Source of the DNA: the human T2T-CHM13v2.0 reference genome, Homo sapiens
Assembly (NCBI RefSeq): GCF_009914755.1
Contig: NC_060927.1
Strand: one strand, 5' to 3'
Length of the DNA: 64,000 bases
Part shown: positions 1-14,700 of the stretch, piece after piece
How positions within the stretch are numbered: the stretch's first letter is position 1
How the letters are laid out: every line of letters starts with the position of its first letter
Made by a program: the position numbers and the translations under genes
The notes under the pieces: model-generated
Database searches by the model: none
The model's input: only the letters and a program-made list of their open reading frames with translations
Told to the model about the DNA's origin: nothing

Positions 1-1709
1 AATACAAAAGATCATCTTTTGTTTAAGAGTTCATATATTTTTGTGTAAATTATATCTATTTACAGAAATTTTCTTTACTACCAACTGTTCTCAAACCCAT
101 TCACTAATAAATAATTACTATATGTGATTACTTAATATTTACCTCAAACCTTTATGAATATCACTGAAAGCATTACTGGCAAATTAATTATATAGGCAAA
201 TGGTGAGGATCTCTCAACCTCACCTCTCACCTTCTTCCCAATCACTCGAAGACTGACTATATCAATTTGTCTTGTTATCCAGAAATTGGCTTTATTTGTT
301 AATTCCAGAGATGCTTCAACTGTAGTTTCAGCCAGCTGTTTCCTTACATCTTTCTGGGTGGCATCAGTTTACAATGCATAGCATTGTTGAGGGTCAAAGT
401 TATTTTATTTTGGTATTACTATTGGATTTTTCCCCCAGTGCCTCAAAGGGGAATGTTGAGTCATGGAGATGTAATGTGACTCCTTAAACTAAGTAGACTT
501 CTAATACAAGTATACTTTTATTATGGAGAAACCAAATTAATTTTATCAATTAAATGAGAATTTATTTACCATTTGCCTTTACCAGATATTTCATTAGACA
601 CAATTCTCAGACTTTACACAATTACAAAGAATGTTGTATAAAAACTATCTATAAAGCAGGAGATATTTCATTCTTAGTTTTTTGCCAAACAAATTATGTT
701 GCTTCGAGGAACAGAGGGAAAAGAAACATTGATGAAACACAGCCCTCAACTATGGCATAAAGTCCAAAGCACAGAGAAGGTCAGAAAAGAATAAAGCAGT
801 TTTGCAGAATTATTATGATAGGGAGTACTGATAAAGAAGAGTCAACTTTTTGGCCTTAGTCATTTACTGAGTTCCTTTATTAAAAATAGAGCATAAACAT
901 TTTAGAAATAATTTTTTCTCAATCTTTTTTTATAAAACCTCTACAGAAAAAAGAAGCGTTATGTGAAAAGCAGCTAAATGGGAGGAAAGTAGGGGTCTGT
1001 GGGTGAAACAGGAGGTTACCATTGCAAACCCTGTCCTTGATGCCCTCACTCAGTAGGACTGGTGGATGGAAGAAGTTTGAAAAACTTTTATGTAGAGATG
1101 AAGAAAAGTAGAAGCCCTAGTTTACAGAGAACGAAAGATACATTTTTCTTCTGTGTAGGTAGAGTTTGTATTTGGAGAAGGAGGAGACTCCTTTCTTCTG
1201 ATGAAAACTCCTTCTTCCAAGAGAAAACTCCATTAGGAAAAATGGAGCAGCAGTGAGTGAGAGAGACCAGGTTTAAGATTTGTTTTGGAGGTTAAATTTG
1301 TTGTGGAAGTTGACAGAATGTGGTGAAAGCAAGACACATCATAAAATAAGCCAAAAAAAATCTCTCTCTTCCAGCTCATTGTATATTGGAGAGTTAGTTG
1401 ACTTTTCTACTGTAAATGTAAAGAAAACAAAAGTTTCATTCATCCTCCTGTAATGATGCCAATCTAATTTGCTATTAAATTTCTATTCAAAAGCCCTATT
1501 TTGTTTAGTTACAAGGGATTTGATCCCCTTAAACTTTCCCAGGCAATTTGTATGGAAAGGCGGTTGCTAAGGGTATTCCTAAGGGAACTGGCAAACGTTG
1601 GAAGATAAATAACCTCAGTACAATATGCAGATTAAGTAGAAGGGATGGTTTAAGAGTTACCTTTTGAAGGAAAAATAAAAGATTCAGAATTCAGGGCTAG
1701 AGTTGCTAG

Positions 1710-2061
<352 letters not shown>

Positions 2062-2334
2062 AAGGCAGTTTTATACTTCTCAAGAAAGTAGAACTTTCAC
2101 ATTGTTCCTCTTGGGAATAAAGGTAAAATTATCATAGAGAGGAAATTAGAGAGAAATGTTCACCATTTCCTTCCTTATATTCTTCCTTTCTTTCCTCTCT
2201 CTATCTCTAGAGCTCTTCCTCAAAGATTCAAATAACCAAAAATATGAAGCCATGGGTGGCAGCTTGGAGTTCTCAAAAGTCCAAAGTGAGGTTAGCTTCT
2301 GACCAAAACTTTTGGCAATTTCCTTAGGTTGAGT

Positions 2335-2520
2335 GAAAGAAGCAATGTGAAAAAGCATGAGTTTAGAGTCAGTCAGCCATCAATTTAAAATCAAACTCCA
2401 CTATTTATTATTGGTGTGATCTTGAATACATTAGCCAACCTCTTTATAGTCCAGTCATTTCTAAAGAGGTGATTATCTATGAAACCTGTATTACATATAC
2501 AATGTGTAAGTACTCAGTAA
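2335..2520 (+). mobile_element. MIR fragment (approximate)
   Basis: Degenerate match to the MIR 5' end and core (agcatgagtttagagtcag...tgtgatcttg). Confidence 0.5.
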
Positions 2521-3084
2521 ATACTCAGTACTTCTCTAGTATCTCTCTAATTGGATTTGGCTAGTAATCATGACAATTGTGGGAGAGAAAAAAAAAGATA
2601 TGTAATCCTGAGGGCACTCAGTCTCTGTAACAATCACTTGATAAATAATCAGGTGATACTTCGTTGACATCTCTTTAATCTTCCAATTGAGAAAACATTA
2701 GGAGTAGAAGAAAAATGATTAATCTCCAACTTCTGTCATTGGAAAATAACTAAAGATCAGAACTATAAGAAACATAAAACTTTTCTAGATTATTAAAGTT
2801 AACCTTTTAGACATTTTCCACAATCACATGGTATGCAAATTTTAACTAAATTATTTTACATTAAATGTATTTTGTGCTATGTTTTGACTAGTTGATTTTA
2901 CTGTAGTATAGAATGTATTATGACATTCCATTATCCTCTTATTACTCATCAATAAAAAATTTATTGAGAAAACAATTAATTATAATTAATATTTATTATT
3001 CATTACTAGTAGGCATTGTAGTAATTACACTATTATTGGTATTTTAAATATCATTAATAGCTATAAACATGTTATACATAATAA

Positions 3085-3260
3085 TAATAGAAACCATTTG
3101 TGGAGTGCTTACTGTGTAATACATTTTGCTAAGCATTTTATATACATTCTTAAAATTAATAATTTCAAAGATTTAATGAGCTAAGTGTCACCAGATAAAC
3201 GAGAAGACATAATAATCTTTATTTATTAAAGGAAAACTTGCCATATCCACACAATCTTCC
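3085..3260 (-). mobile_element. MIR fragment (approximate)
   Basis: catttgtggagtgcttactgtgt...ctaagcattttatatacatt resembles the reversed MIR 3' end. Confidence 0.55.
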
Positions 3261-6200
3261 AAAGCACTGATAGAACAGAATGATGGCATGATGGCATCTT
3301 AAATTTAGAAAGTGTCATTCATAAAAGTGTACTGTTAACTACTAATTTGTGCTATCTGCAATAATAATATTATATTACACAAGATGGAAAGGCTACCCCC
3401 TAAAAGATAGCATTTGATAAATTGTACATAAAAATCTAGAAGAATAAGAGTATAACAGAGGAGTGAAATTTGATCTGAAATACAGAGAAAATTAAGAAAA
3501 ACAAAACATGTTAGCCCTACTGGAATTTGTCTCAATGTATTTCAAGGTTCAAAGTATAGCAGAGGAAGATCATTGACACTGTCAGAGGATTATCATTAAA
3601 TTTCAACCCAAAGGCAACTAACTCAAACTATGCAGATATGGAAAGTAGTGTTTCCTAAAATGAAACTAAGGCAAATATTATTTATTCTAGCTTCTACTCT
3701 TTTGACTAATCAGCTGACCCAGAAATTAAATATTTAAAGGCTTAAAAATAATATAGTTTTAAGAAGTTGACCTATACGTTACTAAATAAAATGATCCTCG
3801 TTGTATTTGAAGTAGCTCACCATTTAAAAATTTAATCTATGTCCACCCATTTTCTTTCTTCCCAAATAATACAATGATTTAATTACCCCACAGTTTAATT
3901 TGACAGAGGAGCCAAAAAGATACACTATTCCTTCATTGTTAACTTTAAGGAGAAAAATACACTATAAACTATATTAGAAATCTTATTTTTTGGGTGTCCA
4001 CCACAATGTTTTCACTACAAAATCCCTTGCTGCCTGAATACAAAATGTTACCATTCAATCAGATGAGTCTCCATGAAGTTAGAAACATTCAAGTGAAACT
4101 CATAAAATAAAGAAGATATACTCTAAAAATTCCAGTTCTTGAGAAGCTGTTTACACACAAAAGGGCTATTAAAAGTGAAAGGGTAAGTAGAAAATCTTCT
4201 GGGCTCATTTAATAAAAGAATGTAGAGTTCCATGGGATTCTTTTCTAAAGAAACCACTAACAATGTTGCAGATCTACAAATCCTAAAAGAGTGCATAATG
4301 GACTCAAGTCTCTGCTTTGTGACTCATGGGTGTACTTCATCAGGATGTACTTCCTCTTTTAGGGGGTCATATAGGTGAATAAGCTGACAACACCTTCAGA
4401 GAGAGAAATTCCACATGTGTCATAGGAATAGAATTTATTTGATCTCAAGCTTTCTATATATAGAAAAAAAACAAATTCTAATCCAAACTTTAATGAATTC
4501 AGTATTGTTGTTGTTGGTTTGCCTCTAGAATGTCTCTTTTGACCAAGTCACATTCCTTTAAATTTACACTAGGTAAATTATATATTTTCCAAATCTTTTA
4601 TAAAAGCATAAGCTAAATGAGATAACATTAAAAGGCTGATTGGAGATTTCCCTTTAAAAGCAGTCATAAGAACAACAGCAATAATAATATAACAACAATA
4701 TACACTACATTTTGGGCACCATGCTTTGAATTTATATACACTAATATTATTAAGGCAATCTGTGCTTTTGAGAAGCTACTCCAGACTAGGCACTACACAA
4801 ACTCTGCCACACACAAGAGAGAAACAATTTCAATTACAAAGAGAGCTAGAAAATAAAATGGATAAGAGTATCATGAAAGATTTTTTGTAAAACTGAATAG
4901 ATCCTTTCATGTTTCTCAGTTTTAATCTCTCCAAATATCCCTATTGTCTGCTTTTTAAAAGAAAAAACACTGTAAAAATTCTGAAAAAATTATTCACAAA
5001 GAAAACTTCCACTCGTTTATATAAAGCATTATTATTAACTTCATAACATGCATAATATCATCTATTTCTGAAAGACCATTGAAAAGTAGCCATAAAAACT
5101 TAAAAAATTGAAAATAATCTTTAGAGATCAACAGGCCAGGAAGAGTTCTAAGAATATGCATTGGCCTTTACTAACCATTTTCAATGCCATGCACTTTTGT
5201 CTGTCAATACTTTCTCCTGTTATTTTTAATATCCCTAGATTAAGAAATATTAACATCTATTTACAAAAAAATATTCTAACAGTTTCCCCCACAAAAGCAT
5301 ATTCCCATGAAGATCAAGAAAACAAAAAACATAGCAGGGAGTCAGTATTCTGACAGCCTTTTAGTCTTCTTCATCTTCTTCCTACTATTATTATTAGACC
5401 TACTGCCTATTACCAGTAGGCTTTTTAAAGGTCTTGGACATAAATATCAGTTGTTAAGTTGCTATTTTCATGGTCATTTAAAATTATTTCAACCATAAAT
5501 GCTTTTAATTTCCTGAATATCTTAAAGCTGTCTAAGTATAAATATTCTCCCATTATATTCCTCTGTGCTAACACAATAATCTAGTTGGAGTCAAGTTTCA
5601 TGAAAATAAGAAAATTGGTACATTATAACATTTTAAACACTGAAAAATAAACGTGATAGCTGTAGGATGTAAAGTGTAGTCAGGCCTGTAGAACTTCGGA
5701 TGCATCATTTTACAATATCATTTATCATTTTGATAAAACTGAGGTCAAGTTTCTAAAAATACAACTTGTTAAAAGCAGGAATAAATGAATGAGAGATGAG
5801 TCAGCTCGTTTGATGGAAAGGGTTTAAAAAATACTTCAAAAGCATACCACATGACTTGGTAAATATTCAGTGTATCAAAATGTAGTTGCCATCTGGCATT
5901 GATAGACTGGGCTAGAATATGTGTTTAAAAAGAACAAGAAAGGAAATAACTCAGCCAGGTTAATGTGCACTTGTCTACATTTCATAATTCAGGTATTAAG
6001 TGCTTTAATAAATATTCACTATGAAAGAAAGGCTGCATTACAATCAGACTTGGGCAGTATTTGTTGGGGACAGCTAGAAAGAAATGAAAGAAGACAAGAC
6101 CTGATGGCACTTAAGAAAGCTAAAAACAACAATAAAAAAGTGGTTTAGGTAAACAGAATTCTCAATCATATGTAATATTGCCAGAACACTAGTATCACAG

Positions 6201-9200
6201 TTAAATGCAGGGAAGTGGTAAGCTTATATTTGAAAATAAACTGAAATCTTGCTTATTTTCAGCTTTGAATATTTTAATTATTCTTTTCTTTGGCTTTGAC
6301 AATTTAAAAGTATAGAGAAATCCAGGGAATAAGTAAAACCCTTGGTTGGATAGTAAAAAAAAAAAAAAAAAAAAAAGGAAAAACGAAAAAGTCCTGACAT
6401 TCTTTGAAGTTTTAAACCTAGAGTTTGATATTAACTTTGCAATATGCAACAAAACAAAAAGTAAATTTGAAGGACTCCTCTTTTCTCCCTCTTGCTCAAG
6501 AAATAAAATATATTTAGAAAGCAGTATCATTCACAAAAGAGAAAAGTGAACACGAGCAGTGAACACTTGCCCAAGCGTTCGACTGTCCAAGGCTGTATCT
6601 GGGCTTGTTAATTAGATATTTCTGTCTTTAACCTTGAACATTCTCCAGATTTCCAAATCTTGACAATTTACATTCTACCACATCTCTTGGAATCAGAGCA
6701 ATAGGCAGAAGAGAAAAGTTTTAAAACAGCTTTGAAGGTTAATTAGGACAGGGACCAGGGTAGCCATTAGGAAAATAGATGAAGCACTTCAGGTGAGAGT
6801 TGATTAGGGTCAACATGAAATTTTTCAGAGTTGAGGTATAATTTATATTCAGCAAAATTCATGGACTTCAAAATGTACACAGAATGAGTTTTGATTTTGA
6901 TAAATTTATACACCTATGTATAAATATGTATATATAAAAATGTATATATTTACCACCATAACAGAGACATAGAAAGTTCCTTTGTGCCCCCTTCCAGTTA
7001 ATTTCTATCTCCCATAAACAACCAGCATTCTGATTTTTATCACGATAGAATAGTTTCGCCTTCACATAACTTATGTATACTCTTGTGTCCTGGCTCTTCT
7101 GCATACCATGTTTCTGGAATTCATCTACATTGTTGTATCATACTCTGTTTTGTTTTATTTGCTTGTTAGTATTTCATTATATGAATATACCACAATTTGT
7201 ATATCCACTTTCCACATTTGGGTGCTTCCAGTTTTAGGCAATTACAAATAAAGTCAGTATAAACTTGCCTGTACAAATCTTTTTGAGGGCATTATTTTCA
7301 TTATTTTTTGGTAAATAACTAGGAATGTAATTACCAAACAATATGGTAGGCATATGCTTAACCTTAGAAGATACTGATCCAATGTTCCAAAGTAGAACTA
7401 TATATTTACAGAAAGTCTTGAAATTAGGTAATGTGAGTCTTTCAACTTTATTCTTTTTCTAAGTTTTCTGCAATCTCATATACATTTTAAAATAAATTTG
7501 ACAATTTATCTTAATGTTAGAAAAACAAGATGTTGATATTTTGATGGTGATTGCATTGAATCTACAGATAATTTGGGGAAAAATGACACTTTAGAAATAC
7601 TGAGTATTCATCTATAAATAACGGATTTTTCTCTAAGGCCTTTTAAAATTTTGAGTGGGGAATCTTACATTCTTTTGTTAAACTTTTATTTAAATGTCTT
7701 ATATTTATAGGCTACTGTAAATTGATTTTAAAACTTCATTTTCAAATTATTTGCCGGTACTACATAAATGCAATCAATTTTTGTATATTGATCTTGTGAC
7801 CTTCCTAAATGCACTGTTAGCTCTATTAGTTGTTTTGTATATCCCCTAAGAGTTTCTAATGTAAACAATCATGGTATTTGTGAATAAACACAATGTTACT
7901 TCTTCCTTTCCTATGCTTATACCTTTAATTTATTTTACTCGTCTTATTGCTCTGGCTAGGATCTTTAGAACAACGCTGAACAGAAGTAGTAAGAATATAT
8001 ATCTTTGCCTTCTACTATATCCCAGGAGGAAAGCATTCAGATTTTATCATTAAGGACGGTATTAATTATATGTTTTCATAGAGGCCCTTCATCAGATTGA
8101 GGAAGTTTCAATCTGTTCTAATTTTCTGAGAGTTTTCACTGTGAATGACTGTCAAATTTTTTCAATTGCTTTTTCTGCATCTATTGAGATCATATTTTTC
8201 TTCTTTATTAGGATGCATTTACAGTGATTTATTTTCAAACGTTAAACTAAAGTTGCTTTTCTGAGATAAATCCTACTTGATCATGAGGTATTATACTTTT
8301 TACTTTTTATTGTTGAAGTTTGTTTGCTAATATTTTGTTAAAGATTATTGTGCCTAGAACCATGAGGAATATTGGCCTATACTTTTATTTTCCTGTAATA
8401 TCTGTCAGGTTTTGCTGTTGGGATTATGCCTGTCTCATAAATCAGGAAGTGTTTTGTTTTTACCTCCTATGTTTTCTGAAAGAGTCCGTGTAGGATTAAT
8501 ATTATTTCCTCCTTAAATGTTATATAGAATTCTCCAGGGAAACTATCTAAACCTGAAGTTCTTTTTTTAGGAATGCTTTTGACGACAAATTCAATTTCTT
8601 TAATCAATAAAGGAATATTTTGATTTCTTTGGTTTACTATGCCAGTTTTGTTAATATGTTTTTAAATAAATTTACCTATTTTATCAAAGTTGTTGAAATT
8701 ATTGACATGAAGTTTTCATAATATTCCCTTGTTATCCTTTAATATTGTTATGATATGTAATGATAATCTCTCATTACTGATATTCATAATTTGTATCATC
8801 TCTTTTTTCTTGAACTTTTCTGTTATAGCTTATAAATTCTGTTAATCTTTTCAAATATTCATGTTTTGCTTTCATTAATCTTCTTTGTAGTTTGTTTTTA
8901 TTTCACAGTTTTCTGCCTTTGTTATTTGTTTTCTTTTTTTACTGCTTTTGGGTTTAAAATGATTATACTTTCCCACTTTCTTAAAGTGGAAACCTACGCT
9001 ATTGATCTTAAACCTTTCTTCTTCCTTCTAATTTAGGATTAAAAGCTCAAAATTTCTGCTAAGCTTCTCTCTGGCTCATATTATAAATGTCAATATATTG
9101 TATTTTCATTTAATCAGTTTCATAAATTTCAATATACTGCATAACTTAATTTAATTATTTTAAAATTTCATGACTTTCAACCATGAGGTATTAAGTTTGT

Positions 9201-10052
9201 TGTGTAGTTTCCAACTGGTCTTTTCTAGATATTTTATTGTTTTCTTTTTTTATTTCTAATTTAATTAATTATAAACAAGAAGCATATTTTGTAGTATCTC
9301 AATCTTTTGAAAATGTTTGAAACTCATTTGATGAACCAGATTAGGGTCTACTTTAATAAATAAAGTAGAACATACATACAGGACTCTATTCCTGTATGTT
9401 TTAAATATGTTTTAAAGAACACATATTCTCCAGGTGGGAATAGAACACATTCTCCAAGTGGGAATAGTGTTCTGTAAACATCAAACAGGTCAAGGCAGTT
9501 GATGGTGTTTTTAATTTCTTGTGTATTCTTACTGATTTTCTGCCTATTTGTTCTATCAAGTTCTAGAACAAGAATGTTAAAATCTCCAATTGTTATTGTA
9601 GATTTTACTATTTCTCTCTAGTTTTCTGTCAGTTTGTGTCTACATGTTTATGACTTATGCATTCATGATAATTTCACACATATGATTAGGAAATATCCCT
9701 CCTTATCTCTAATAGTACTCCTTGGCATAAAGTCTATTCTTTGTAATATTAATATTCCAACCTAGCTTTCTCATGCTTATTGTTTGCATTGTATATATCT
9801 TTCTATCTTTTCACTCTCAAGATATCCATGTTATTACATTTAAAGTGTATTCCTGTAGACAGCATATGTTGACTCTTGCCTTTTTATTCAGCCTAATACT
9901 CTCTCTTTTAATTGTAGTATTTACACCATTTACAGTGAATGGAATTATTGCTACAATTAAGTTTAGGTCTACCATTTATTTCATTATATGCTTTTGATTT
10001 TTTTCTTTTGGGTTTTTGTCATTGTTATTCTTCTGTTTTCCTTTCCTTTTTT

Positions 10053-10355
<303 letters not shown>

Positions 10356-11559
10356 TTCCTTTCCTTTTTTAATGAGTTAAACTGATCAATTATTTTTCCA
10401 TTCAATTGCACAACTGGCTTTTTAGCTGTACCTTTTTTGTTATTTTTTAGCAGTTGTTCTAAGGATTACAATATGCCTCTTTAATTATCACTGTTTACAC
10501 AGAGTTAATATTTTACCACTTTATGCAAATGTGAGTATCTTATAAGTATAATTTCATTTACTGCCACCCAGTACTTTGTAGTATTTTTACATACTTCATA
10601 TCTGCAAGTACTATAGACTCATGAGAAAATACTATAATTTATGCATTAGTCAGTTTTTCTTTTAAAGAAATTAAAAGAATAAAAGGATATTCTTTTACAT
10701 GTAAATAGATACTTTAAAATTTTTAGTGAAAATTTTCTGTAAAAACAAGTTTCTATCTTGGTTCATAGTGTCATTTCCCTTCACCCTGAAGCACTCACTG
10801 CCTTTCACACTACTTATAGGAATTCCACTGACAACAGAAAATTCATTTCTTCATTATTGCAAGATCACATTGCTCTACATAAAATTCTGGTTTTGCAGTT
10901 GTTTTTCTTTTCAATCATTAAGAAATGGCATTACATTTAGTATGAGGAATGAGTCGATGTTTGATTATTCCCCTGTAGGTGATCTATTGTTTCCACCCTT
11001 AGGGCTGCCTTTGAGATTTTTCTTTGTATCTTTGGTGTACAGAAGTTTGAATACAGTGCCTACATGTGATTTTCTTTGCATATTTTTGTGTTTTTTCTCA
11101 GCAAATTTTGGACATTTTCAGCTATGATTTCCTCAAATATCATTTCTGTCCCATTTTCTCATCTGCCACCCACAATCTGCTGTTAAGATTCTCCAACAAA
11201 TCATTTTTTATTTCAGATTCTGTACTTTAACCTTTGGTTCTTTTTAGTAATTTCATTTCTTTTTTCTTCTTCTGAGACATGCAAAGTATAGTGGACTGGT
11301 TGATATTGTTGTACAGATCACTCTGCACATTTTTGAATCCTTTTTCTCTCTGTTCTTTACATTAATAATTTCTATTGACCTGTATTCAAGTTTACTGACA
11401 CTTTCTTCTGCCATCTACAATCTATTGTTAAGCCACTTCAATGACTCTTCAAAAAAATTTCAGGTATTATACCTTAACTTTTTACTTATTTTTGAAAATT
11501 TTCATTTCTCTGCTTATTTTCTCATCTGTTCCCTCATTATGACTATATATATACATATA

Positions 11560-11746
11560 TTTTTAGAGACAGGGTCTCACTCTGTTGCCCAGGCTAGAGT
11601 GCAGTGGAGCAATCTCGGCTCACTGCAACCTCCACCTCCTGGGTTCAAGCTATCTATTCTCATGCCTCAGCCTTCTGAGTAGCTGGGATTATAAGCATAC
11701 GCCACCACATCTGGTGGATTATAGGCGTGAGCTACCGCACCGGGCC
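11560..11746 (-). mobile_element. Old Alu (AluJ/S-type) with internal deletion
   Basis: Complete right arm to 11714, joined directly to only the first ~30 nt of the left arm (ggattataggcgtgagctaccgcaccgggcc). Confidence 0.9.
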
Positions 11747-14700
11747 TGAAAACATATTTTTTTAAAATCCTGAATATATTTATAATTTCTGCTTTAAAGT
11801 CCTTGTCTACAACTTCTGAATCATCGAGGAATCTATTTCCATGGACTTTAAAAAAAAATTACATGTCACATTTTTCTGTATCCATCACTGGTAATTTTTG
11901 AATTACAGTTGAACATTGTGCATGATATTTATACAAACTCTGGGTTTGGTTATCTTTCTCTAATGCAATGCATTTTTCTTCTAGCAGGTTATTAAATTAC
12001 TAGTCGACCACTTTGATTTGAAGAGGACTGGTTTTATTATTTGACAGAAACTTTCAATGCTTCAGGTTTGTCTCTCTTTCTATAATTAATTTCTTAGTTC
12101 TTAGCTATCATCTATATTTCTAAGGTTTGATCCTTCTGGGATTCATAAAGCCTGAGACATTTACCAAACCCTTCTAACTTTGTAAACTCAAACTCCTAAC
12201 TTTGTCTCCTCTTCATCTAATGTATCTGTTCAGCTCTTTTAGCTTTCTAGTTGTTGCTTTTCTCCAGGCACTTATAGGCTCCCACATACATGCACAGTTT
12301 ATATCAGCCAGAATGTTAGGGTAACTTATATGTAGATTCATGGGAGCCTTCCCTCGATGGCTCCATCCTTTCTAATACTTCCTTCCTCAATTTCAGCTAC
12401 TTTGCCAATGCCAGCTCCATTCGCTAACATCACAAACCAATAAGATTGTGGTTTTCTGCCTGAATTCTAACTTCTCTATACCATACAGACTGGGAAGTTC
12501 CTTGAGGGAAGAAGCTGTAACAAACGTGAATTTTACCCGGGACAGTTCACTCCAGATTCCAACTGCTTTTGGTCACTCTCCGGTGCCTTCAAATAATTGT
12601 GGTGTTTTTTTTTTAAGTTTTTAATTGGAGTTTAGTTTTATTTTTAACCCATACCATGGTTTGGAACTGTTATCTGTGGAAATATTTGTCCTGAAACAGT
12701 ACAAGTTACTCCTTTATTACCAAAATCACAACTACCAAAATTGTGGTTTTATGTTAGATAGCACTTGAACTGATATGGAAAACTGCATTAGAATCAAAGT
12801 GTCTATAGGGCTTCCTCTCTCAATATTCAGTATTTTAAAATTGAGACAAGACTATTTTTTAACCTTAAAAAAATCACTCATAGTGCCCTAGGAAAGTGCT
12901 ATATATTCCACTCAGTCGCTAAATATGGCCAATGAATATTTCTATAATTAAATTTAGCAGAATAATCTGTGAATAAAATGAAACAGACCTGTATGTAAAG
13001 AAAACTACCTTAATGAACTTGCTTGGGAGATCAGTGGTATGTGATATTTCTAATCATGACAGAGAAGTTGAACATGTGGTACAGTTGTGTAGGGAAAATG
13101 GATAACTCTTATCTTCATTATTTTTTAAGTCATTCTAAGAGAAGCATTTGCTAAGTAGTTTATATATATGAACTTATATAATTTTCATAACAATTTTTAA
13201 AAATAGTATTGTAACATTATTTTGTAGATCACAAAACTACAAAGTATCCCAGGCCATCAGACTCCAGAGTTAAATTCCAACCATTCCCTCTAACTACCTG
13301 CTCAGAATTGAGATAAAACTCATCCACAGCAGTCATCATTTTTTCTAAGAATATACATCACCTATTAATGTTCTTTCCCATCTCCCATGTTAACAACTTT
13401 CTTCCTCTATCATGTAAACTTGCTCTCTATCATCTCCGTGCCTTTCTTGTTCATTTTCATGGAGCAGCCATAAAATGGAGAATAACAATTGAAGCAGTGA
13501 ATAGCCAAGAAGCATCTCTCAATCAATGAACCTGAGACAGCCTGTTCACTTCTGTCCATCATTCTTGTCCTTTAGATCTCAGTTTCAAATTCATTTCTTC
13601 TAGACATTCATCTCTTCCCATGTTTAATCTGGAACCATCTACCCTTCCACCAGACCAATTATCCTGGCAAATTAATGTAATAGACCAGTATTAATTATTT
13701 GCTTGTATGTCTTAACAACATTCTAGGTGCTGTGCCAAAAACAAATGAATAGCAACACAAGGTCTTCTGGTTACAAGCACATTACATTTTGGTTGGGGAG
13801 ATTTTGACCCATCTCACAGTCATAATCTTCATCCAGGTTATCTCGTCAACCTCTATGTATGCATATATTCCAATATTTTGTTTTGCTTTTCTTTCTTCCT
13901 TGTAGTAATTTCACACAGACTATTCGCTTCAAGAACCTAACTAACTTCCTGTTGGTACCCAATCCTTTAACTCTAGAGGGTCAAATGGAGCCCTGTGGCT
14001 CCTGGCAGTGTTCCTGAAGATCAGGTCCCTCTGGTGGAACTCAGTTCTCACTGCCTTATCTAACCTTCCTCACTCAGCTTGTAATCAACTTAACTTTTAA
14101 AGTCTTTGTACACATTAGGTAATATTTGTTCTCTGAACTCCCAGAGGGGCTGTGGTAACTGCCCAACTAGGAAGCCCTACCCTTCATTATTCAGCAACAG
14201 CTTGAAGAATATTCTAATTCTAACTTTCCGCCCTCTGACAGACCAGCTGCATCAAAGGCTGTGTTCCCCTGTTTGTTTTTTTCCTGAAGCAGAGTCACCA
14301 TTTCAAACTAAGTAATCTATGAGAAAAGTAAGAGCTCTGGGTCCAAATGTTTAAAACATGGCTCTTCTGTGAACCACGGCAAATCTAAACTGGATTATGC
14401 CTTATGCTGGAGTCAGAACTTACTTGGTCCCTTGTTCTTTGCCCTCTGGCTCCCTGCATGCTGTTCAGGGGAAGTTACTGGCTTTTGAACTGGCGGTTTG
14501 AAAACGAAGGCATTTTTCTTTTAGGGAGAACAGTCTTTCAGTGATTTAAACAACAAGCCTTGTGATCAAAATAATTCATAAAGGAAAAGATTTATGAAGT
14601 GACTTCACTAGCACACAATGCATTTTAAAAACTTTGTTTTTTAAATAAATCTGTCAGTACAGAAGCCAAGACAACACATCTGAATGCAATATCAGTGGAC

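Noticed and set aside
10726-11127. 133-aa F/L/S-rich ORF
   Set aside because: Lies in the T-rich antisense L1M relic; a compositional artefact with a non-ATG start.
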